DNA of 25,348 bases from contig JANLWX010000200.1 of assembly GCA_031364845.1 (NCBI GenBank), forward strand, positions 1 to 25,348. The letters run 5' to 3'. Positions 15,513 to 22,608 of this stretch are shown here, piece by piece. The notes under the pieces are model-generated. The model made no database searches and was not told where the DNA came from. It was given only the letters and a program-made list of their open reading frames with translations. The position numbers and the translations under genes were made by a program. This DNA is from Candidatus Eiseniibacteriota bacterium. GTDB taxonomy: Bacteria > Eisenbacteria > RBG-16-71-46. Position 1 is the stretch's first letter, and each line of letters starts with the position of its first letter.

Positions 15513-18500
15513 ATGACGGATTCCGTGGTCTTCAAACGCAGAGACTTCCTCAAGCTCGTCGGCCTGGGTGCTGTGGGTGCGGCGGGTTGCGCGCCGCCTG
15601 CGGACAAGCTGATCCCCTACCTCGTGCCGCCGCAGGACATTCTGCCCGGCATCGGCTACTGGTACGCGAGCACCTGCCGCGAGTGTCCGGTGGGTTGCGG
15701 AATCCTCGTCAAATCCCGTGACGGCCGCGCGATCAAGATCGAAGGCAACCCGGCGCATCCCGTGAACCGCGGCGGTCTGTGCGCGCGCGGGCATGCGGGA
15801 CTGCAGGGGCTCTACGATCCCGATCGCGTCACCGGTCCGATGATGAAGACCGCCGGCGCATGGAAGCCGGTGAGCTGGGACGAAGCACTCCAGACCGCGA
15901 CCGCCAAGCTCACCGAGGCACGCAGCGCCGGCAAGAGTGTGGCGCTCGTGACCGAGAACGCGACCGGTTCGTTCCACAAGCTCTCGGCCGCGTGGGCCGC
16001 GGCTGCGGGCGGCACGCACCTCGTCTACGAGCCGTTCAACACGCACGCGCTGCGTGAAGCCAACCGCCGCACGTTCGGCGTGGGGGCGGTACCGAACTAC
16101 GACTTCGCCAGGGCGAACATGGTGATCTCCTTCGGCGCGGACTTCCTCGAAACGTGGGGAAATCCCGTCGGGCAGGCGCGCGGCTTCAGCGAGATGCGCG
16201 CCCGCCCGGAGTCGTACTTCGTGACCGTCGAGCCGCGCCTGTCGAACACCGGTGCGAACGCCGACGAATGGGTCGCGGCGAAGCCCGGCGGCGAGATGGC
16301 GCTGGCACTCGGCATGGCGCACGTCATCCTGTCCGAGGGACTCGGTGGCGGTAACGGCGGCATGATCGACGCCGTGCGCGACTGGACGCCCGAGGCGGTC
16401 GAGCTGCAGACCGAAGTGCCCGCGGCGACGGTTCGCCGGCTCGCGCAGAAGTTCGCCAATGCGAAGCCGGGGCTCGCGGTCGCGGGCGGCATCGCATCCC
16501 AGAGCGAGCACGCGGTCGCGATGATCGCGGCGGTCAACCTGCTGAATCACGTGGCCGGCAACGTCGGCGAGACGGTGCGCTTCGATCGCACGCTCGACTT
16601 CGATTCGGTCGCGAGCCTCGGTGATCTCCAGACGCTCGCGGGCCAGATGGCTGATGGATCGGTCGGTGCTCTGGTCGTTCACGGCGCCAATCCGGTGTAC
16701 GCCGCACCCGCGTGGACCGGCTTCGCGGCGGCGATGGACAAGGTTCCGTTCAAGATCTCGCTGTCGGGCGTGCTCGATGAGACCACCGAGCACTGCGATC
16801 TGATCCTGCCGTCGCTGCATGCGCTCGAATCGCTCGGCGACGCGGCCACCGCGCGCGGCGTGTTCTCGATCATCCAGCCGACGATGCAGCCGCTGCCGAT
16901 GTTCAAGACGAAGGCGGCGGGAGACACGCTGATCGCGCTAGCGCGCGGGGCGGGTTTCGGCTCGTTCCCTTCGACGTGGAGCGAATACCTCAAGGGCGAA
17001 TGGCGCGGCATGCACGGCCGCTTCGGCGGCGGCAAGGATTTCGGCGGATTCTGGGACCAGACGCTCGCACAGGGCGGCGTGTGGGAGGACGTGACCGGTA
17101 CCTCGCCCGGATGGTCGGGAACCCCGGTGTTCGCGGCCCCCGAGCTGCGCGGGAGCGGAGATCTGGCGCTGGTGCTCTATCCCTCGCCGAACCTGTTCGA
17201 CGGCCGCGGCGCCAACAAGGGCTGGCTGCAGGAGATTCCCGATCCCACGACGAAGGCGGTGTGGGGATCGTGGGCGGAGATTCACCCCGATACGGCGAAG
17301 AAGCTCGGGATCGCGATGGGTGATGCGATCAAGGTCGAAACCGAATCGGGCAGCGTCAGCGTTCCCGCGTTCGTGTGGGCCGGCGTGCGGCCGGACGTGG
17401 TCGCGGTTCCGCTCGGCCAGGGCCATACGTCCTACGGTCGTTTCGCGAAGGACCGCGGCGTGAACGCGGTCGCGCTGCTCGCGCCGGTGCAGGACGCGGC
17501 GTCGGGTGCGGTCGCGTACTTCGGCGAGCGCGCGAAGGTCTCGAAGACCGCCGCCGCCGGCGAACTGGTGCGCACTCAGCGCGAGCGCAGCCAGCACGAC
17601 CGCGAGATCGCGGCGGTGATTCCGGTTTCGGCGCTGCTGGGACTCAACACCGGCCGTGGTGCCACCGAGGGTCCGCACGCCACCGGCGAGCATGGTGCCG
17701 GAGCCCCGGGAGCACACGGCGGTGCAGCCGCTGGCGAACATGCCGGCGGCCATCACGTGATGGCGGGCAGCCTGATGCTCCATCCGTTGCAGTCCAAGCC
17801 CGGCAAGTACACCGAGCCGCGCATCAAGGATCCGAACGCCAAGGTCCCGCCGCATTCGGTGAGCGCTGCCGAGCAGCCGGTCATCGTGCGCTCGCCGCGC
17901 CAGATCCCGGTCGACCGCGGCAACTACGGTACCGCGACCCATCGGTGGGCGATGGCGATCGATCTCAACTCGTGCACCGGATGCACGGCGTGCGTGGCCG
18001 CGTGCTACGCCGAAAACAACATTCCGATCGTCGGCCCCGAGCACATCAAGCGCGGCCGCGAGATGTCGTGGATCCGCATCGAGCGCTTCGAGGAAAACCT
18101 CAAGCCGGGCCCGAACGACGTGCGGTTCGTGCCGATGATGTGCCAGCACTGCAGCGACGCGCCGTGCGAAACGGTGTGCCCGGTGTATGCGACCTATCAC
18201 AATCCCGAGGGGCTCAACGCGCAGGTCTACAACCGCTGTGTGGGCACTCGCTATTGCTCGAACAACTGTCCCTACAAGGTGCGCGCGTTCAACTTCTTCG
18301 ACTACTCGGCCCCCGAGAAGCCGTCGTTCGCGTTCCCCGAGCCGCTCAACTGGCAGCTCAATCCGGACGTGACGGTGCGCTCGAAGGGCGTAATGGAGAA
18401 GTGCACGATGTGCATCCAGCGCATCCTCGAAGGCAAGGGGACCGCGAAGGACGAGGGCCGCGCGGTGCGCGACGGCGACATCACCACGGCGTGCGCGCAG

Positions 18501-18665
18501 TCGTGCCCGACCCAGGCGATCGTGTTCGGTGATCTCATCGATCCCGAGAGCAACGTCTCGAAGCTGTCACACGGTGAGCGCCGCTACTGGGTGCTGAACG
18601 AACTCAACACCAAGCCGGGCGTGACGTACCTCAAGAAGATCCAGCGCGAAGTCGCGTCCACCTGA
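15513..18665 (+). CDS. actB: Alternative complex III subunit ActB (molybdopterin-oxidoreductase-like domain fused to an Fe-S domain); predicted Tat lipoprotein
   Basis: KRRDFLK Tat motif and AAGC lipobox; KIEGNPAHPVN; NKGWLQEIPDP; C-terminal Cys clusters CTGCTACVAAC, CQHCSDAPCETVCP, CVGTRYCSNNCP (3Fe-4S type) and CTMC...ACAQSCP. Confidence 0.92.
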   Translation: MTDSVVFKRRDFLKLVGLGAVGAAGCAPPADKLIPYLVPPQDILPGIGYWYASTCRECPVGCGILVKSRDGRAIKIEGNPAHPVNRGGLCARGHAGLQGLYDPDRVTGPMMKTAGAWKPVSWDEALQTATAKLTEARSAGKSVALVTENATGSFHKLSAAWAAAAGGTHLVYEPFNTHALREANRRTFGVGAVPNYDFARANMVISFGADFLETWGNPVGQARGFSEMRARPESYFVTVEPRLSNTGANADEWVAAKPGGEMALALGMAHVILSEGLGGGNGGMIDAVRDWTPEAVELQTEVPAATVRRLAQKFANAKPGLAVAGGIASQSEHAVAMIAAVNLLNHVAGNVGETVRFDRTLDFDSVASLGDLQTLAGQMADGSVGALVVHGANPVYAAPAWTGFAAAMDKVPFKISLSGVLDETTEHCDLILPSLHALESLGDAATARGVFSIIQPTMQPLPMFKTKAAGDTLIALARGAGFGSFPSTWSEYLKGEWRGMHGRFGGGKDFGGFWDQTLAQGGVWEDVTGTSPGWSGTPVFAAPELRGSGDLALVLYPSPNLFDGRGANKGWLQEIPDPTTKAVWGSWAEIHPDTAKKLGIAMGDAIKVETESGSVSVPAFVWAGVRPDVVAVPLGQGHTSYGRFAKDRGVNAVALLAPVQDAASGAVAYFGERAKVSKTAAAGELVRTQRERSQHDREIAAVIPVSALLGLNTGRGATEGPHATGEHGAGAPGAHGGAAAGEHAGGHHVMAGSLMLHPLQSKPGKYTEPRIKDPNAKVPPHSVSAAEQPVIVRSPRQIPVDRGNYGTATHRWAMAIDLNSCTGCTACVAACYAENNIPIVGPEHIKRGREMSWIRIERFEENLKPGPNDVRFVPMMCQHCSDAPCETVCPVYATYHNPEGLNAQVYNRCVGTRYCSNNCPYKVRAFNFFDYSAPEKPSFAFPEPLNWQLNPDVTVRSKGVMEKCTMCIQRILEGKGTAKDEGRAVRDGDITTACAQSCPTQAIVFGDLIDPESNVSKLSHGERRYWVLNELNTKPGVTYLKKIQREVAST

Positions 18666-18679
18666 ACGAGGCCGTTTCC

Positions 18680-20056
18680 GTGAGTTCCGACGAAGCCAAG
18701 AAGCTGAGCCACGCTGCGACCGCCGACGCGGGCCCGGTCATCACGCAGAAGTCGCTGAACGACGACGTCCTGCGGATGATCTCCAAGCCCGGCCGGCTGT
18801 GGTGGATCATCTTCATCATCGATCTCATGATCCTCGCCGTCGGCTTGATTGCGGAGCGCAATCAGATCCTCTACGGCATCGGCGTCGCCGGTCACACGCG
18901 CCCGGTGATGTGGGCTTCTTACGTCGCCAACTTCGTCTTCTGGGTCGGCATCGCGCACTGCGGAACGCTGGTGTCGGCGATCCTGTTCCTGTTCCGCTCG
19001 CACTTCCGGCGCGCCGTGTACCGCGTGGCCGAAGCGATGACGGTGTTCGGCGTGCTCACGGCCGGATTGTTCCCGCTGCTCCACACCGGCCGCCCGTGGT
19101 TCGCCTACTGGCTGTTCCCGTACCCGAATCAGCGCCAGCTGTGGCCCAACTTCCGCTCGCCGCTCGAGTGGGACGTGTTCGCGGTCACCACGTACCTCAC
19201 GGTTTCGAGCATCTTCTTCCTGGTCGGCATCATTCCCGACGCCGCGGTCGCGCGCGATCGCACGAACAACCGGTGGCTCAAGCTGATCTACACGGTGTTC
19301 TCGATGGGGTGGACCGGCTCGAACAACCAGTGGAAGAACTTCTACGGCGCCTATCTCTACTTCGCCGCCCTCGCCACACCGCTGGTGCTCTCGGTGCACT
19401 CGGTCGTCTCGTGGGACTTCGCGATGTCGCAGGTGCCGGGCTGGCACAGCACGATCTTCGCGCCCTACTTCGTCGCCGGCGCGATCTTCTCCGGCGTGGC
19501 GATGGTGATCAATCTGCTGATCCCGATCCGCAAGGCGTTCAAGCTCGAGCACATCGTGACGGTCGACCACATCGAGAAGCTGTCGAAGCTGGTGCTCTTG
19601 ACCTCGAGCATCGTCGGCTACTCGTACCTGTGCGAGTTCTTCTCGGCGTGGTACGGACCGAGCAAGGTCGAGCGTGATCTGTTCTGGTGGCGCGCGACCG
19701 GGCACTTCGCGTGGGCGTTCTGGATCATGTTCACGTGCAACGTGATCATCCCGCTGTCGCTGTGGTTCAAGCCGGTGCGACGCAACATGGGGCTGCTGTT
19801 CGTGCTGTGCTTGTCGTTCAATGTCGGCATGTACTTCGAGCGCTTCGTGATCATCGTCACCTCGCTCGCGCATCCGTTCAATCCGAGCACGTGGGATGTG
19901 AATTACCGCATGTCGTGGACCGAGGGCGCGATCCTCGCCGGATCGTTCGCGTGGTTCTTCATGTTCTTCCTGATCTTCGTGCGGCTGCTGCCCGCGTTCT
20001 CGATTGCTGAGATCAAGGAAACGCTGACGGCGCCGATGCGGAGGAAGCCGTCATGA
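18680..20056 (+). CDS. actC: Alternative complex III NrfD/PsrC-type quinol-binding membrane subunit ActC
   Basis: NFVFWVGIAHCGTLVSAIL, RVAEAMT, PLLHTGRPW, NFRSPLEWDVFAV, TPLVLSVHSVVSWDFA, PGWHSTIFAPYFVAGAIFSG, GMYFERF. GTG start with a GAGG SD. Confidence 0.95.
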   Translation: MSSDEAKKLSHAATADAGPVITQKSLNDDVLRMISKPGRLWWIIFIIDLMILAVGLIAERNQILYGIGVAGHTRPVMWASYVANFVFWVGIAHCGTLVSAILFLFRSHFRRAVYRVAEAMTVFGVLTAGLFPLLHTGRPWFAYWLFPYPNQRQLWPNFRSPLEWDVFAVTTYLTVSSIFFLVGIIPDAAVARDRTNNRWLKLIYTVFSMGWTGSNNQWKNFYGAYLYFAALATPLVLSVHSVVSWDFAMSQVPGWHSTIFAPYFVAGAIFSGVAMVINLLIPIRKAFKLEHIVTVDHIEKLSKLVLLTSSIVGYSYLCEFFSAWYGPSKVERDLFWWRATGHFAWAFWIMFTCNVIIPLSLWFKPVRRNMGLLFVLCLSFNVGMYFERFVIIVTSLAHPFNPSTWDVNYRMSWTEGAILAGSFAWFFMFFLIFVRLLPAFSIAEIKETLTAPMRRKPS

Positions 20057-20610
20057 TCGGCATGCTCGGCAAGCTGGTCGACAAGCTGCTCGCGGGGCCC
20101 AAGGCCAACTACCGCGGCGTGATGGGCGTCTACTACTACGTGGACGACGCCACCGAGGCGGTGAAGACCCTGCGCGAACAGGGCCACCAGGGGCTCAGCG
20201 TGTTCTCACCGGTTCCGCACCACGACATCGAGCACGCGCTGGGGCAGAAGTCCTCGCTGGTGCGCTGGGTCACCTTCACCGGCGGCCTGCTCGGGATCAC
20301 CGGCGGGTTCTCGCTGTGCATCTATGCGGGACTCTCGTATCCGATGGTCACCGGCGGCAAGGAGCTCATCTCGATCCCGCCGTTCGTGATCATCGGCTAC
20401 GAGTCGATGATCCTGCTCGCGGGAATCTCGAACCTGATCGGCATGCTGGCACTCGCGCGGCTGCCGCAGACGCAGTCCCGGGCGCCGTACGATCCGCGCT
20501 TCACCGAGGACAAGATCGGCATCTGGGTGCCGTGCTCGGGCGACGAGGCGCGCAAGGTCGAACAACTCATGCGCGGCAACGGCGCGGAAGAGGTGAAGGT
20601 CCATGGTTAA
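20053..20610 (+). CDS. actD: Alternative complex III subunit ActD (DUF3341)
   Basis: VFSPVPHH, two hydrophobic helices, YPMVTGGK...PPFVIIGYESMILLA, YDPRFTEDK. ATGA overlap with actC. Confidence 0.9.
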   Translation: MIGMLGKLVDKLLAGPKANYRGVMGVYYYVDDATEAVKTLREQGHQGLSVFSPVPHHDIEHALGQKSSLVRWVTFTGGLLGITGGFSLCIYAGLSYPMVTGGKELISIPPFVIIGYESMILLAGISNLIGMLALARLPQTQSRAPYDPRFTEDKIGIWVPCSGDEARKVEQLMRGNGAEEVKVHG

Positions 20611-21157
20611 GGGATTCCTCGGCGTGATCGCGCTTTCGATCCTCACCATGTTCGGGCCGACCAGCCCCAAGACCGGCTGCCAGCGCGCGGCCGGAACGTT
20701 TACCAATGTGACCTACCCGAAGATCCGCGAGATGCGCTACAGCGTCGCACTCCTGTCGCAGCGCGGCTGGTATCGCGCGCCCGACAGCAGCAGCGTGCCC
20801 GTCGGAGGGCGCGACGTGCTCGGCGACATCGTCCAGTTCGATGCGACCTACCGCGTGCCGACCTCATCGAGCCCCGAAGCGGTCGCGGACGGCGAGAAGA
20901 CCTACGCCAAGGTGTGCATGCCCTGCCACGGTCCTTCGCTCGACGGCAACGGTCCGGTGTGGCTGTCCAAGAAGTACATGATGCCGCCCGCGAATCTGAT
21001 GGCCGCGACGACCCGCGCGCGGACCGACGGCTACATCTATCGCTACATCCGCTTCGGTGGCGCGGTGATGCCCGCCTACGGTGCGCAGGTCACGGCCGAG
21101 CAGGCCTGGAATCTGATCCACTACGTCCGCAGCATGCAGGGAAAGAATCCTCAATGA
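20603..21157 (+). CDS. actE: Alternative complex III monoheme cytochrome c subunit ActE
   Basis: Single CMPCHG heme motif, GNGPV, DGYIYRYIRFGGAVMPAYG (distal Met), WNLIHYVRSMQ and a hydrophobic N-terminus. Confidence 0.88.
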   Translation: MVKGFLGVIALSILTMFGPTSPKTGCQRAAGTFTNVTYPKIREMRYSVALLSQRGWYRAPDSSSVPVGGRDVLGDIVQFDATYRVPTSSSPEAVADGEKTYAKVCMPCHGPSLDGNGPVWLSKKYMMPPANLMAATTRARTDGYIYRYIRFGGAVMPAYGAQVTAEQAWNLIHYVRSMQGKNPQ

Positions 21158-22434
21158 GCCACGGATCCCGGGCCCCGGTGAACCCCGAAGCGGTGCTGCG
21201 CGACATCGCGAGCAAGCTTCCCGTCACCCCCAACGCGCGCAAGCGCCAGATCTGGATCGCGTGCATGGTGATCGGCATCGCGGCCTTCGCGTTTCTGCTG
21301 TTCACCGAGCCCAGGCGGGCGTGGGGCGCCTATGCGATCAACATGATCTACTGGCTCGGCATGGCTCAGGGCGCGGTCGTGCTCGCGTGCGCGATCCGGC
21401 TCGGCAACGGACGCTGGGCGGGACCCGTGATGCGCATCGCGGAATCGCTGTCGGCGTACCTGCCGTTCGGTTACGCGACCGTAGTCGTCATGCTGGTCGC
21501 CGGGATCTGGACCTATCTGCCGTGGGTGGCGCATGTCGAACCGCGACAGGCTGCGTACCTCAACGTGCCGTTCCTCTACATCCGCACGCTCGCCGGGCTC
21601 GGGCTGCTGTGGTGGCTGTCGCGCAATCTCGTGCGGACTTCGCTGCGCCCCGACGCCCATCACCTGAAGAACTACGTGGCGCCGGAACTCAAGGCCGACT
21701 ACGAGAAGCTGTCCGCCAACTGGCGCGGCGACGAGGCCGAAGCGAAGTGGAACAAGGACCGGCTCGCGATGCTCGCGCCCCAGGTGGTGGTGTGCTACGC
21801 GGTCGTGTTCACGTTCATGGCATGGGACTGGATCATGTCGCTCACGCCGGACTGGGTGAGCCAGATCTTCGGCTGGTGGGTGTTCATGGGCGCGTTCCTC
21901 ACCGGCATCGCGATGACGGCGTTCCTCGCGACCCAGCTGCGCTCCAAGTACCGCCTCGAGCAATACATCACGCCCAATCACTTCTGGGACATGGGCAAGA
22001 TCGCGTTCGGCTTCAGCATCTTCTGGGTCTATCAGTTCTGGTCGCAGTACCTGCCGATCTGGTACGCGAACATGCCCGAAGAGACATGGTGGGTGTTCCT
22101 GCGCTTCGAGGATCCGTGGCGGCCGCTCGCGTTCACGGTGTTCTCGTTCGTATTCCTGCTGCCGTTCCTCGGGCTCATGAACATCTACACCAAGAAGAAT
22201 CCGTTCTGGCTCGCGCTGTTCAGCGTGATCATCATGGCCGGCATGTGGATGGAGCGGCACATTCTGGTGATGCCGTCGCTCGAGCCGGCCCATGTCTGGG
22301 TCGGGCTGCCTGAGGTCGGGGTCACGCTGTTCTTCATGGGCTTGTTCGGCTGGTCGGTCCAGAGCTTCGTCACCAAGTACCCGGTGGTGAAGGTGACCGA
22401 TGTCCTCGAGGGCGCCCACGGAGTCGGGCTCTAA
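21154..22434 (+). CDS. actF: Alternative complex III membrane subunit ActF
   Basis: Polytopic; RIAESL, AYLNVPFLYIR, WDWIMSLTPDWVSQIFGW, HFWDMGK, WVYQFWSQYLPIWYANMPEET. Start trimmed to ATG 21154 (ATGA overlap with actE). Confidence 0.92.
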   Translation: MSHGSRAPVNPEAVLRDIASKLPVTPNARKRQIWIACMVIGIAAFAFLLFTEPRRAWGAYAINMIYWLGMAQGAVVLACAIRLGNGRWAGPVMRIAESLSAYLPFGYATVVVMLVAGIWTYLPWVAHVEPRQAAYLNVPFLYIRTLAGLGLLWWLSRNLVRTSLRPDAHHLKNYVAPELKADYEKLSANWRGDEAEAKWNKDRLAMLAPQVVVCYAVVFTFMAWDWIMSLTPDWVSQIFGWWVFMGAFLTGIAMTAFLATQLRSKYRLEQYITPNHFWDMGKIAFGFSIFWVYQFWSQYLPIWYANMPEETWWVFLRFEDPWRPLAFTVFSFVFLLPFLGLMNIYTKKNPFWLALFSVIIMAGMWMERHILVMPSLEPAHVWVGLPEVGVTLFFMGLFGWSVQSFVTKYPVVKVTDVLEGAHGVGL

Positions 22435-22608
22435 GGAGTCGTCTCCGTCCCCGAGCCGCGCCCCAGGACTTGATCCCCGCGAGGGCCCCATCTAAAGTTT
22501 CCGGAACCTCGTCGGCTCCGGAATACTCTTAGGTGTTCGCCTGTTCACCACCCGCGTATACCGTTCAAGCCCCACAAGCCCGGTGCGAACGCCCAGGAAG
22601 GGATCTCA

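Noticed and set aside
15513..18665. ActB as an active polysulfide, nitrate or formate molybdoenzyme
   Set aside because: The operon has the full actA-F layout with a fused Fe-S domain and no evident Mo ligand; FS0 retention is reported separately.
22493..22520. sigma28 promoter (TAAAGTTT)
   Set aside because: No GCCGATAA-like -10 element at the expected spacing.
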